DNA of 64,000 nt, taken from contig CBFFRQ010000067.1 in assembly GCA_965644315.1 (NCBI GenBank), forward strand, positions 812,486 through 876,485, read 5' to 3'. Below are positions 14,619-27,120 of the stretch, in pieces. Positions within the stretch are counted from its first letter, which is position 1; each line of letters opens with the position of its first letter. The notes beneath the pieces were generated by a model that made no database searches, was not told where the DNA came from, and saw only the letters and a list, made by a program, of their open reading frames with translations. The stretch comes from Caecitellus pseudoparvulus (Eukaryota > Protista > Bigyra: Bicosoecida). Made by a program: the position numbers and the translations under genes.

Positions 14619-14980
14619 GGCTTCGTTACAAGGACGCCCACTTGCGCTGTGGCGTGGCTGCCGTGTGCTGGTGCGGATTTTGAGCCAAGTCTAAGCACAG
14701 ACGGCGGCTGAAGTGAGAGCGTGCGGCTCTTTGCTCCCCCCTGAAAGATCGTATGGGGTGCCCTGACTACATGCATGGGGCTGCTTTTGAATTGGGTCCG
14801 CCCCACTGCTGGCGTGGCTTGGGCCCTGCACGAAGCTTCACGTGGGCTTTGCGCTGGCTGCCGCTCAGTCAGCGCGTGGCACGCACCGCCAAATTCAACG
14901 CGCTGGTGCCCCTGCAGGCAAGGGCGCTGATGCCCGCTGCACGGCATGCTACCGTGGTCCCCACCTATCGCGGTGGCACC
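14619..14980. promoter_or_regulatory. Probable bidirectional promoter region between the divergent dynein and kinase genes
   Basis: Only 362 bp separate the two divergent ATGs. Positional inference; no motif identified. Confidence 0.4.
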
Positions 14981-17794
14981 ATGGGCTGCTGCCAGTCGCG
15001 GTCTGCGGCAGTGTATGCTGTGGACGCCAACGACAGCGGCGAGGGAGCGGGCGGCCAGCTGCTACTGGAGCAGGGGCATGCTGGGTGGCAGGAACATCCA
15101 GGGACGTCCAGTGAGGCACCAGCGAGGCCTGCTCATATTTCAAAGGTCACCTCTGACCGGGATGAGCTGGAGGAGTTTGCGTGGGTGAAAGGGGAGGCCA
15201 TCGGTAGGTCGCATGTGTCGGTGCAACGCCCATGAAACGCCACCCACATGTCGCCATCCCTCGGCGCTTGCGTGCAGGGAGCGGCAGCTCAGGGCAAGTG
15301 TTCCTGTGCCTGAATCAGAAAACCGGCCGCCTGATGGCGGTGAAGGAGGTGCCCTTTGACCCGACCGACACCCAGCGCCGACAGAGGGTGCAGACTGAAA
15401 TCACGCTCCTACGGTGCGTGGCCAGCGACGCCGTCTGCGCCTCGCCAGCGCCCTGGCGCACCCTGATCCACGCTGTCTCAAGTACAGGCAACTTCAGCAC
15501 CCAAATATCGTGCGGTACCTGGGCACTGACATGCATGAAGGCACGCTGTGCATCTTGACAGAGTGGGTATCAGGCGGCGCTCTCACATCGGTCGTGGAGG
15601 CCTTTGGGCCGCTCGCTGAGAGTGTCGCGGCGCAGTACATCTACCAACTAGTGCAGGGACTGGTGTACCTGCACGACCAAGGCATTGTGCACCGCGACAT
15701 CAAGGTGAGTCTGCGCGTCGCAGAATGCGCGTCGTGCAAAGAGCAGCATGCAGGCCCCCACCTCACACACACGCCCCCACGCCACAGAGCGGAAACGCAG
15801 TGGTGGACCACAACGGCACTTTAAAAATCGTGGACTTTGGCACGGCAGTGTGGCTTGGGCAGTCGCCCAGCGCCTCCACCTCGCCACCTGCGAAACAAAG
15901 CAGCACGATCGCCGGCACACCACATTTCATGGCCCCTGAGGCGGTGGAGGGCGAGTCAGCCACACCGGCCATGGACATTTGGAGTCTAGGGTGCACGGTG
16001 TTGCACCTGCTCACGGGCGCTCTGCCGTGGAGCGACGCGGGGGGTGTGCCGGACAGCGCCGCAGTGCTGCACCGCCTCGCAAAAACCGACAGACTGCCGC
16101 CGCTGTCCAGCCGCCTGTCACCGAATGCGACGGCGTTTCTTCAGGCGTGCTTGGTTCGCGACCCGGCTGAACGGTCGTCTGCAGCCACCCTGCTCGGTCA
16201 CCCGTGGTTGCTGCACGCCTCGTCGCTCAAGCGCCCCAGCGGCAGTACCAGCCACTCTGCAAGTGCGCCGGGCAGCAGTGTGGCACCCTCGCACCGCTTG
16301 GGCAGCGGCAGCCACGGCTCCAGCGTAGGGACACGCAGTGTGCACCAGAGTGGCGGCCCCCTCGCAGCCACTGCCACACCGCGGGAGCCGTCGTGGGGCA
16401 TGGACGGCGCGCTGATGTACGGCCGCGAACGGGGCATGGAGGGTTACCACGACAGCCTTCCAGCGCAGCAGGGGGGTGGTTCTGTCGGGCTGAGCGGCTC
16501 CATCATGCTGTCTCGTGGCCCCAGCACAGTGGGGGGTGGCGGGTCCATGGCGTTTCCCGACAGAGAGCGGCGTGTGCCTGGTGCTGTGTTGCCAACTGCC
16601 CTGTCTGGGGGAGTGTCGCTGGGCCTGGGCGGTCGCGGCATCGCACCTCCCCGCACCAACCGCTCCGGCCCCAGCACACTGCGCCGGGATGACCCGTACG
16701 CCGCATCCTTTGGTTTCACACAGGTGCACGGCCTGAGTCGCGCAGGCAGCACGGCGACACCAGGAGCGGCGGAGCAAGAGGCGGTGCACGGCAGTGTGGT
16801 GGCGTTGTCCACCCCAGACGCCGCTCCAGCCGCCGCCACAGGGAGCAGTCTGGAGGCTGCAGACAGGCCCCGAGCACGCACTGCGCCAGATACACGTGGT
16901 GAGGGGGGCGCCGCTGATGCCGGTCTCTCCACCCTTGCTGAGGTGTCAGTGACGGGCTCGCTCAGCGGCGGCAGTGCTGGTGGAACGCCCAAGCACTCCC
17001 ACAAACCAAGGGGCCAGGGCAGCCCAGCTGCCATTCGTCTGGCTGGACGGGCCGGAGGGGGGGGTGGCGAGGGCGCCGACCCCCCCTACCGACCCGACAG
17101 GCGCAGAGTGCCCTCTGGCCCAGCCCCCTCCACAGTGCAATGCCGCACCACGTCCCCTGCTCTCGCCACGGGCGGCATCGCAGCACGGCCCTTCCCCGGC
17201 TCGACAGCCCGACGCCCGTCGTACCACACACGCCACACGTCGGGCGGCAGCGGCGGCGGACACTCCCGCAACCCCAGCGGCAGCAGCGGCGGACACTCAC
17301 GGCAGGGCAGTGTCGGGCTGCACTTCCGACACCCCAGCCTGGGCAGCGCAGGCCCAGCGCCCGGCACGGGGCACACACGGGGCGCGAGCAGCCTGCTGCT
17401 CAGCGGGTCGGTGGACGGCTTCCTCGTCGCACCTGCCGAGCACGCAGAGGACGAGGACGTCATCGCAGACTTCCACATGCGCCAGCCGGCGGAGCCTGGG
17501 CCAGGGCAAGGCGGCGGTGCCGGCGGCCCACCCGTCGTGGCACAGGCCAAGGAGCAGTCGCCCCAGGCCGTGCCACGGTCGGGCACTGCGCGAGAGTCGA
17601 CTGGCAAGGGGGCCGAGGCCGCCCCTGATGCGCCCAGTGCCGCCGACGGTGCAGGAGCACTGCAGCTGGACTGGCAGCAGTACTCCAGCAGTGGCGTGTC
17701 GTCCGATGAGTCATCGGGTGGGGATGTGCAGGGCGGTGGCAGACATCGCGTGCAGGCTGTGCGGCAGGGGGGCTGGGTGCTCACACAGGCGTAG
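14981..17794 (+). CDS. MAP3K/STE11-MEKK-like Ser/Thr kinase with long low-complexity tail; exons 14981-15203, 15278-15413, 15488-15704, 15788-17794
   Basis: Three GT-AG introns reconstruct GEAIGSGSSGQV, MAVKEV, LQHPNIVRYLG, HRDIKSGN, DFG, GTPHFMAPE and DIWSLGCTV. The N-terminus MGCC is a myristoylation/palmitoylation motif. Confidence 0.88.
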
Positions 17795-18225
17795 CGGGGG
17801 GGCTGGGGGCGGTGTCAGGTGGCGAGGGGTGTGTGGTTAGGATGTGCGTTTGGCGTCCCGTGACCTGTCGGGGGGGTGTGTGCCGCGCTTGTCAGGCGGT
17901 GTAGGGCTGGGGCTTGCAATGCATTGCGGTGGTCTGCACTGTGGCGCGTCAGGTCGAGTGGTGGCAAGGTGCTGCTGAAGGTGCATGTCTCAGCTGCCAC
18001 CTCTGGCACCAGCGTGGAGAAGGGTGGAGGTGGACAGCACACTCCCCCTGAATACAAGCAGGACACTGTCATTCCACTGTCAAATCTCAACATCGCCTTC
18101 TTTTCTGGGTATCATTGGACAGACAATACCAGCAGCTTGTGCAGCACTGTGCCGTGCCGCTTGTGCTCCGGTGCAGGTGTGTTGGTTATCGGAAGCACTT
18201 GCGGGATTATCCACGCCAGCACGCC

Positions 18226-19044
18226 ATGGCTGCTGACAGTGAGAGGCAGGCTGTGGTGGATCGGTGGAGGGCTGCTTGTGGTGCTGATGAGGCAGATGTG
18301 CTGCTGGGCATACTGCAGGAGTGTGGTGATGGTGTGGGTGTGGAGTTGGGAGGTTTGACTTCGACCGAGACTACATGTGGCTTTTTGGTTGCTTGCAGAA
18401 CAGGGCACGTTGAACTGCTGCGAGGGCTGTTGGCGTTGGAGGGGGGCCTTGCTGTGGATGTGCATCAAAATCGTGAGGCCGCCTTCCGAGAGGCATGCGC
18501 TAAGGGCCACACAGGCATCGTGCGTGAGCTGTTGGGCCTGAGCGGGGCGCGGGAAGTGGATGTGCACGCGGAGGCTTGGGATGGACCTGAGGCCGCCTTT
18601 CGATGGGCATGCGAGGGTGGCCACACCGACATCGTGCGTGAGCTGCTGGCTCTGACTGGAGCGCGGACAGTGGATGTGCATGTGGCAAATGAGGATGGAC
18701 CTGAGGCCGCCTTCTGGCGGGCATGTAGCTGGGGCCACACAGGCATCGTGCGTGAGCTGCTGGGCCTCACTGGGGCGCGGGAAGTGGATGTGCACGCGGC
18801 GGATCGGGGTGGACCTGAGGCCGCCCTCCGAGCGGCATGCGCAGGCGGCCACCTCGACATTGTGCGTGAGCTGCTGGGCCTGACTGGACACCGAGCTACG
18901 TCCCATCAGACCAGACTCAAGGTCGGAGTTGTTGCCGTGCAGTCGGCCAAGAAAGCCGTGTGGGCTGGCACCAGCACTCGACAAGGACGGCGCGCCATGC
19001 TGCTGCTGCGAGCTGCCCGGGGCGCAAGAGGCAGCAGCACCTAG
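18226..19044 (+). CDS. Ankyrin-repeat protein, copy 1 (272 aa, five ~38-aa repeats)
   Basis: ATG MAADSERQ; 114-bp repeats encoding EAAFRxACxxGHTxIVRELLxLTGARxVDVH (ankyrin-like A-x-x-GH-x-x-IV-x-x-LL). Confidence 0.8.
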   Translation: MAADSERQAVVDRWRAACGADEADVLLGILQECGDGVGVELGGLTSTETTCGFLVACRTGHVELLRGLLALEGGLAVDVHQNREAAFREACAKGHTGIVRELLGLSGAREVDVHAEAWDGPEAAFRWACEGGHTDIVRELLALTGARTVDVHVANEDGPEAAFWRACSWGHTGIVRELLGLTGAREVDVHAADRGGPEAALRAACAGGHLDIVRELLGLTGHRATSHQTRLKVGVVAVQSAKKAVWAGTSTRQGRRAMLLLRAARGARGSST

Positions 19045-19763
19045 ACCCGAACACTGGAGTGGTACCTCCATGAGGGAAGGCGTCACGCTTGGAGTGCGAG
19101 GTGCAGCGGGCGGCCGCTGTCCAGCGTGCAATGCAAGGGGGCATGAGATGCCGCGCTCTTGAGTGAGGCTGGCGCCGGTGCAATGTGACACCATGAGATC
19201 TACGCGCAGTATGCGGATGCTGCTTGCCTCCACCCACGCTTGCTCTCCGGTATCTGCGGTGGACTCGCACCACTCAGGGGTGGCAGGTCAGCAGACCGTA
19301 TGGGGCGCCCGCCAGCCGGTCCAAGGGGGGCGCCCACCGCCCCACACGCTCCAGCAGCGACGCGCCCACGGCCTGCCAGCTCAGCGCCAGTGCCATGACT
19401 GTGCACGGCGCCACGCCTTCCGCTTGCCTTATCCGGAGGCGGGGCGTCAAAGGCGCTCCCGTCAGTGCTGGAGACGCGACAGCATGGCTTGCCCCGACAG
19501 CGCCAGGTGCGAGTGCCATCCCTCACGGCGGAGCGTCGGATGCGGTGCACCCCCATGACGAGGCTCAGCGTGGCCTGTGCCGCACTGTCGGCAGTGGCCG
19601 CTTGCAGCAGAGTGTGGGCGGTGGCGAGGGGTGGCGGGGCAGGCCGCATGTACCTACATGTCATACTCCGGCACCGCCATACACCCCCGCAGCATCACGT
19701 GACCCCTGGCTTGGGGGTAGAGGGTGGAGGGTGGACCACCTCGCGCGACGGTGGGGGGGTGGT

Positions 19764-20481
19764 GGGCGCCGACCCCCCCTACCGACCCGACAGGCGCAGA
19801 GTGCCCTCTGGCCCAGCGCCCTCCACAGTGCAGTGCCGCACTGCGCCCCCTGCTCTCGCCACGGGCGGCATCGCAGCACGGCCCTTCCCCGGCTCGACAG
19901 CCCGACGCCCGTCGTACCACACACGCCACACGTCGGGCGGCAGCGGCGGCGGACACTCCCGCAACCCCAGCGGCAGCAGCGGCGGACACTCGCGGCAGGG
20001 CAGTGTCGGGCTGCACGTCCGACACCCCAGCCTGGGCAGCGCAGGCCCAGCGCCCGGCACGGGGCACACACGGGGCGCGAGCAGCCTGCTGCTCAGCGGG
20101 TCGGTGGACGGCTTCCTCGTCGCACCTGCCGAGCACGCAGAGGACGAGGACGTCATCGCAGACTTCCACATGCGCCAGGCGGCGGAGCCTGGGCCAGGGC
20201 AAGGCGGCGGTGCCGGCGGCCCACCCGTCGTGGCACAGGCCAAGGAGCAGTCGCCCCAGGCCGTGCCACGGTCGGGCACTGCGCGAGAGTCGACTGGCAA
20301 GGCCGTGCCTGACGCGCCCAGTGCGGCCGACGGTGCAGGAGCACTGCAGCTGGACTGGCAGCAGTACTCCAGCAGTGGCGTGTCGTCCGATGAGTCATCG
20401 GGTGGCGGCGATGTGCAGGGCGGTGGCAGACATCGCGTGCAGGCTGTGCGGCAGGGGGGCTGGGTGCTCACACAGGCGTAG
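19764..20481 (+). pseudogene. Duplicated 3' tail of the kinase gene without the kinase domain; also at 22462-23188, 25157-25871 and 27849-28575
   Basis: GADPPYRPDRRR...GWVLTQA* is nearly identical to 17071-17794. Confidence 0.75.
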
Positions 20482-20911
20482 CGGGGGGGCTGGGGGCGGT
20501 GTCAGGTGGCGAGAGTGTGTGGTTAGGATGTGCGTTTGGCGTCACGTGACCTGTGGCGGGGGGGTGTGTGCCGCCCTTGCCAGGCGGTGTAGGGCTGGGT
20601 CCCGCAATGCATTGCGGTGATCTGCACTGTGGCGCGTCAGGTCGAGTGGTGGCAAGGTGCTGCTGAAGGTGCATGTCTCAGCTGCCACTTCTGGCACCAG
20701 CGTGGAGAAGGGTGAGGTGGACAGCGCACCCCTCCTGAATACAAGCAGGACACTGTCATTCCACTGTCAAACTGATCACAGGCATCATTTTTCAGTATCT
20801 GTGGGTAATTAGTGCCAGCAGCTCTTGCAGCACTGTGCCGTGCCGGTTGTGCTCTTGTGCAGGTGTGTTGGTTATCGGAAGCGTTTGCGGAATTATCCAC
20901 GCCAGCACGCC

Positions 20912-21730
20912 ATGGCTGCTGACAGTGAGAGGCAGGCTGTGGTGGATCGGTGGAGGGCTGCTTGTGGTGCTGATGAGACAGATGTGCTGCTGGGCATACT
21001 GCAGGAGTGTGGTGATGGTGTGGGTGTGAAGTTGGGAGGTTTGACTTCGACCGAGACTACATGTGGCTTTTTGGTTGCTTGCAGAGCAGGGCACGTTGAG
21101 TTGCTGCGAGAGCTGTTGGCGTTGGAGGGGGGCCTTGCTGTGGATGTGCATCAAAATCGTGAGGCCGCCTTCCGAGAGGCATGCGCTAAGGGCCACACAG
21201 GCATCGTGCGTGAGCTGTTGGGCCTGAGCGGGGCGCGGGAAGTGGATGTGCACGCGGAGGCTTGGGATGGACCTGAGGCCGCCTTTCGATGGGCATGCGA
21301 GGGTGCCCACCTCGACATTGTGCGTGAGCTGCTGGCTCTGACTGGAGCGCGGGCAGTGGATGTGCATGTGGCAAATGAGGATGGACCTGAGGCCGCCTTC
21401 CGGCGGGCATGTAGCTGGGGCCACACTGACATTGTGCGTGAGCTGCTGGCTCTGACTGGGGCACGAGAAGTGGATGTGCATGTGGTGGATGAGGAGGGGC
21501 CTGAGGCCGCCCTCCGAGCGGCATGCGCAGGCGGCCACCTCGACATCGTGCGTGAGCTGCTGGGCCTCACTGGACACCGAGCTACGTCCCATCAGACCAG
21601 ACTCAAGTTCGGGGTTGTTGCCGTGCAGTCGGCCAAGAAAGCCGTGTGGGCTGGCACCAGCACTCGGCAAGGGCGGCGTACCATGCTGCTGCTGCGAGCT
21701 GCCCGGGGCGCAAGAGGCAGCAGCGCCTAG
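20912..21730 (+). CDS. Ankyrin-repeat protein, copy 2
   Basis: Intact paralog of copy 1, same length. Confidence 0.8.
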   Translation: MAADSERQAVVDRWRAACGADETDVLLGILQECGDGVGVKLGGLTSTETTCGFLVACRAGHVELLRELLALEGGLAVDVHQNREAAFREACAKGHTGIVRELLGLSGAREVDVHAEAWDGPEAAFRWACEGAHLDIVRELLALTGARAVDVHVANEDGPEAAFRRACSWGHTDIVRELLALTGAREVDVHVVDEEGPEAALRAACAGGHLDIVRELLGLTGHRATSHQTRLKFGVVAVQSAKKAVWAGTSTRQGRRTMLLLRAARGARGSSA

Positions 21731-23618
21731 ACCTAGACACTGGAGTGGTGCCTCCGTCAGGGAAGGCCCCACGTATGGAGTGCGAGGTGCAGCGGGCGGC
21801 CGCTGTCCAGCGTGCAATGCAAGGGGGGATGAGCTGCCGCGCTTGTGAGTGAGGCTGGCGCCGGTGCAATGTGACACCATGAGATCTACGCGCAGTATGC
21901 GGATGCTGCTTGCCTCCACCCACGCTTGCTCTCCGGTGCCTGCGGTGGATTCGCGCCACTCAGGGGGGGCAGGTCAGCAGACCGTATGGGGCGCCCGCCA
22001 GCCGGTCCAGGGGGGGCGCCCACCGCCTCACACGCTCCAGCAGCGACGCGCCCGTGGCCTGCCAGCTCAGCACCAGTGCCGTGGCTGTGCATGGCACCAC
22101 GCCTTCCGCTTGCCTCACCCGGAGGCGGGGCGTCAAAGGCGCTCCCGTCAGTGCTGGAGACGCGACAGCATGGCTTGCCCCGACAGCGCCAGGTGCGAGT
22201 GCCATCCCTCACAACGGAGCGTCGGATGCGGTGCACCCCCATGACGAGGCTCAGCGTGGCCTGTGCCGCACTGTCGGCAGTGGCCGCTTGCAGCAGAGTG
22301 TGGGCGGTGGCGAGGGGTGGCGGGGCAGGCCGCATGTACCTACATGTGATACTCCGGCACCGCCATGCACCCCCGCAGCATCACGTCACCCCTGGCTGGG
22401 GGGGCTGGGAGAGTGAACCGCTTACCACCCCGGGCGACGGCGGGAGTGGCGGGAGTGACGAGGGCGCCGACCCCCCCTACCGACCCGACAGGCGCAGAGT
22501 GCCCTCTGGCCCAGCCCCCTCCACAGTGCAGTGCCGCACCACATCCCCTGCTCTCGCCACGGGCGGCATCGCAGCACGGCCCTTCCCCGGCTCGACAGCC
22601 CGACGCCCGTCGTACCACACACGCCACACGTCGGGCGGCAGCGGCGGCGGACACTCCCGCAACCCCAGCGGCAGCAGCGGCGGACACTCGCGGCAGGGCA
22701 GTGTCGGGCTGCACTTCCGACACCCCAGCCTGGGCAGCGCAGGCCCAGCGCCCGGCACGGGGCACACACGGGGCGCGAGCAGCCTGCTGCTCAGCGGGTC
22801 GGTGGACGGCTTCCTCGTCGCACCTGCCGAGCACGCAGAGGACGAGGACGTCATCGCAGACTTCCACATGCGCCAGGCGGCGGAGCCTGGGCCAGGGCAA
22901 GGCGGCGGTGCCGGCGGCCCACCCGTCGTGGCACAGGCCAAGGAGCAGTCGCCCCAGGCCGTGCCACGGTCGGGCACTGCGCGAGAGTCGACTGGCAGGG
23001 CCGCTGAGGCCGCCCCTGACGCGCCCAGTGCCGCCGACGGTGCAGGAGCACTGCAGCTGGACTGGCAGCAGTACTCCAGCAGTGGCGTGTCGTCCGATGA
23101 GTCATCGGGTGGCGGTGATGTGCAGGGTGGTGGCAGACATCGCGTGCAGGCTGTGCGGCAGGGGGGCTGGGTGCTCACACAGGCGTAGCGGCGGGGCTGG
23201 GGGCGGTGTCAGGTGGCGAGAGTGTGTGGTTAGGATGTGCGTTTGGCGTCCCGTGACCTGTCGGGGGGGTGTGTGCCGCGCTTGTCAGGCGGTGAAAGGC
23301 TGGGGCTTGCAATGCATTGCGGTGGTCTGCACTGTGGCGCGTCAGGTCGAGTGGTGGCAAGGTGCTGCTGAAGGTGCATGTCACAGCTGTCACCTCTGGC
23401 ACCAGCGTGGAGAAGGGTGGAGGTGGACAGCACACTCCCCCTGAATACAAGCAGGACACTGTCATTCCACTGTCAAATCTCAACATCGCCTTCTTTTCTG
23501 GGTATCATTGGACAGACAATACCAGCAGCTTGTGCAGCACTGTGCCGTGCCGCTTGTGCTCCGGTGCAGGTGTGTTGGTTATCGGAGGCGTTTGCGGGAT
23601 TATCCACGCCAGCACGCC

Positions 23619-24437
23619 ATGGCTGCTGACAGTGAGAGGCAGGCTGTGGTGGATCGGTGGAGGGCTGCTTGTGGTGCTGATGAGACAGATGTGCTGCTGG
23701 GCATACTGCAGGAGTGTGGTGATGGTGTGGGTGTGGAGTTGGGAGGTTTGACTTCGACCGAGACTACATGTGGCTTCCTGGCTGCTTGCAGAAGAGGGCA
23801 CGTTGAGTTGCTGCGAGAGCTGTTGGCGTTGGAAGGGGGCCTTGCTGTGGATGTGCATCAAAATCGTGAGGCCGCCTTCCGAGAGGCATGCGCTAAGGGC
23901 CACACAGGCATCGTGCGTGAGCTGTTGGGCCTGAGCGGGGCGCGGGAAGTGGATGTGCACGCGGAGGCTTGGGATGGACCTGAGGCCGCCTTTCGATGGG
24001 CATGCGAGGGTGGCCACACCGACATTGTGCGTGAGCTGCTGGCTCTGACTGGAGCGCGGACAGTGGATGTGCATGTGGCAAATGAGGATGGACCTGAGGC
24101 CGCCTTCCGGCGGGCATGTAGCTGGGGCCACACTAACATCGTGCGTGAGCTGCTGAGCCTGACTGGGGCGCGGGCGGTGGATGTGCATGCGGCGGATCGT
24201 GGTGGACCTGAGGCCGCCCTCCGAGCGGCATGCGCTAGTGGTCACACAGACATCGTGCGTGAGCTGCTGGGCCTCACTGGACACCGAGCTACGTCCCATC
24301 AGACCAGACTCAAGATCGGGGTTGTTGCCGTGCAGTCGGCCAAGAAGGCCGTGTGGGCTGGCACCAGCACTCGACAAGGACGGCGCGCCATGCTGCTGCT
24401 GCGAGCTGCCCGGGGCGCAAGAGGCAGCAGCGCCTAG
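23619..24437 (+). CDS. Ankyrin-repeat protein, copy 3
   Basis: Intact paralog of copy 1, same length. Confidence 0.8.
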   Translation: MAADSERQAVVDRWRAACGADETDVLLGILQECGDGVGVELGGLTSTETTCGFLAACRRGHVELLRELLALEGGLAVDVHQNREAAFREACAKGHTGIVRELLGLSGAREVDVHAEAWDGPEAAFRWACEGGHTDIVRELLALTGARTVDVHVANEDGPEAAFRRACSWGHTNIVRELLSLTGARAVDVHAADRGGPEAALRAACASGHTDIVRELLGLTGHRATSHQTRLKIGVVAVQSAKKAVWAGTSTRQGRRAMLLLRAARGARGSSA

Positions 24438-26301
24438 ACCTAGACACTGGAGTGGTACCTCCGTGAGGGAAGGCGTCACGCTTGGAGTGCGAGGTGCAGC
24501 GGGCGGCCGCTGTCCAGCGTGCAATGCAAGGGGGCATGAGATGCCGCGCTCTTGAGTGAGGCTGGCGCCGGTGCAATGTGACACCATGAGATCTACGCGC
24601 AGTATGCGGATGCTGCTTGCCTCCACCCACGCTTGCTCTCCGGTATCTGCGGTGGACTCGCACCACTCAGGGGTGGCAGGTCAGCAGACCGTATGGGGCG
24701 CCCGCCAGCCGGTCCAAGGGGGGCGCCCACCGCCCCACACGCTCCAGCAGCGACGCGCCCACGGCCTGCCAGCTCAGCGCCAGTGCCATGACTGTGCACG
24801 GCGCCACGCCTTCCGCTTGCCTTATCCGGAGGCGGGGCGTCAAAGGCGCTCCCGTCAGTGCTGGAGACGCGACAGCATGGCACGCCCCGACAGCGCCAGG
24901 TGCGAGTGCCATCCCTCACGGCGGAGCGTCGGATGCGGTGCACCCCCATGACGAGGCTCAGCGTGGCCTGTGCCGCACTGTCGGCAGTGGCCGCTTGCAG
25001 CAGAGTGTGGGCGGTGGCGAGGGGTGGCGGGGCAGGCCGCATGTACCTACATGTCATACTCCGGCACCGCCATACACCCCCGCAGCATCACGTGACCCCT
25101 GGCTTGGGGGTAGAGGGTGGAGGGTGGACCACCTCGCGCGACGGTGGGGGGGTGGTGGGCGCCGACCCCCCCTACCGACCCGACAGGCGCAGAGTGCCCT
25201 CTGGCCCAGCCCCCTCCACAGTGCAGTGCCGCACCACATCCCCTGCTCTCGCCACGGGCGGCATCGCAGCACGGCCCTTCCCCGGCTCGACAGCCCGACG
25301 CCCGTCGTACCACACACGGCACACGTCGGGCGGCAGCGGCGGCGGGCACTCCCGCAACCCCAGCGGCAGCAGCGGCGGACACTCGCGGCAGGGCAGTGTC
25401 GGGCTGCACTTCCGACACCCCAGCCTGGGCAGCGCAGGCCCAGCGCCCGGCACGGGGCACACACGGGGCGCGAGCAGCCTGCTGCTCAGCGGGTCGGTGG
25501 ACGGCTTCCTCGTCGCACCTGCCGAGCACGCAGAGGACGAGGACGTCATCGCAGACTTCCACATGCGCCAGCCGGCGGAGCCTGGGCCAGGGCAAGGCGG
25601 CGGTGCCGGCGGCCCACCCGTCGTGGCACAGGCCAAGGAGCAGTCGCCCCAGGCCGTGCCACGGTCGGGCACTGCGCGAGTGTCGACTGACAAGGCCGCC
25701 CCTGACGCGCCCAGTGCCGCCGACGGTGCAGGAGCACTGCAGCTGGACTGGCAGCAGTACTCCAGCAGTGGCGTGTCGTCCGATGAGTCATCGGGTGGCG
25801 ATGTGCAGGGCGGTGGCAGACATCGCGTGCAGGCTGTGCGGCAGGGGGGCTGGGTGCTCACACAGGCGTAGCGGCGGGGCTGGGGGCGGTGTCAGGTGGC
25901 GAGAGTGTGTGGTTAGGATGTGCGTTTGGCGTCCCGTGACCTGTCGGGGGGGTGTGTGCCGCGCTTGTCAGGCGGTGAAAGGCTGGGGCTTGCAATGCAT
26001 TGCGGTGGTCTGCACTGTGGCGCGTCAGGTCGAGTGGTGGCAAGGTGCTGCTGAAGGTGCATGTCACAGCTGTCACCTCTGGCACCAGCGTGGAGAAGGG
26101 TGGAGGTGGACAGCACACTCCCCCTGAATACAAGCAGGACACTGTCATTCCACTGTCAAATCTCAACATCGCCTTCTTTTCTGGGTATCATTGGACAGAC
26201 AATACCAGCAGCTTGTGCAGCACTGTGCCGTGCCGCTTGTGCTCCGGTGCAGGTGTGTTGGTTATCGGAGGCGTTTGCGGGATTATCCACGCCAGCACGC
26301 C

Positions 26302-27120
26302 ATGGCTGCTGACAGTGAGAGGCAGGCTGTGGTGGATCGGTGGAGGGCTGCTTGTGGTGCTGGTAGGGCAGATGTGCTGCTGGGCATACTGCAGGAGTGT
26401 GGTGATGGTGTGGGTGTGGAGTTGGGAGGTTTGACTTCGACCGAGACTACATGTGGCTTTTTGGTTGCTTGCAGAACAGGGCACGTTGAACTGCTGCGAG
26501 AGCTGTTGGCGTTGGAGGGGGGCCTTGCTGTGGATGTGCATCAAAATCGTGAGGCCGCCTTCCGAGAGGCATGCGCTAAGGGCCACACAGGCATCGTGCG
26601 TGAGCTGTTGGGCCTGAGCGGGGCGCGGGAAGTGGATGTGCACGCGGAGGCTTGGGATGGACCTGAGGCCGCCTTTCGATGGGCATGCGAGGGTGCCCAC
26701 CTCGACATTGTGCGTGAGCTGCTGGCTCTGACTGGAGCGCGGGCAGTGGATGTGCATGTGGCAAATGAGGATGGACCTGAGGCCGCCTTCCGGCGGGCAT
26801 GTAGCTGGGGCCACACTAACATCGTGCGTGAGCTGCTGGGCCTTACTGGGGCGCGGGCAGTGGACGTGCACGCGGCGGATCGGGGTGGACCTGAGGCCGC
26901 CCTCCGAGCGGCATGCGCAGGCGGCCGCCTCGACATTGTGCGTGAGCTGCTGGGCCTCACTGGACACCGAGCTACGTCCCATCAGACCAGACTCAAGATC
27001 GGGGTTGTTGCCGTGCAGTCGGCCAAGAAGGCCGTGTGGGCTGGCACCAGCACTCGACAAGGACGGCGTGCCATGGTGCTGCTGCGAGCTGCCCGGGGCG
27101 CAAGTTGCAGCAGCACCTAG
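26302..27120 (+). CDS. Ankyrin-repeat protein, copy 4
   Basis: Intact paralog of copy 1, same length. Confidence 0.8.
   Translation: MAADSERQAVVDRWRAACGAGRADVLLGILQECGDGVGVELGGLTSTETTCGFLVACRTGHVELLRELLALEGGLAVDVHQNREAAFREACAKGHTGIVRELLGLSGAREVDVHAEAWDGPEAAFRWACEGAHLDIVRELLALTGARAVDVHVANEDGPEAAFRRACSWGHTNIVRELLGLTGARAVDVHAADRGGPEAALRAACAGGRLDIVRELLGLTGHRATSHQTRLKIGVVAVQSAKKAVWAGTSTRQGRRAMVLLRAARGASCSST

Noticed and set aside
18470-18890. Regularly spaced repeats resembling a CRISPR array
   Set aside because: They are 114-bp in-frame coding ankyrin repeats with no unique spacers and no cas genes, in a eukaryotic context.
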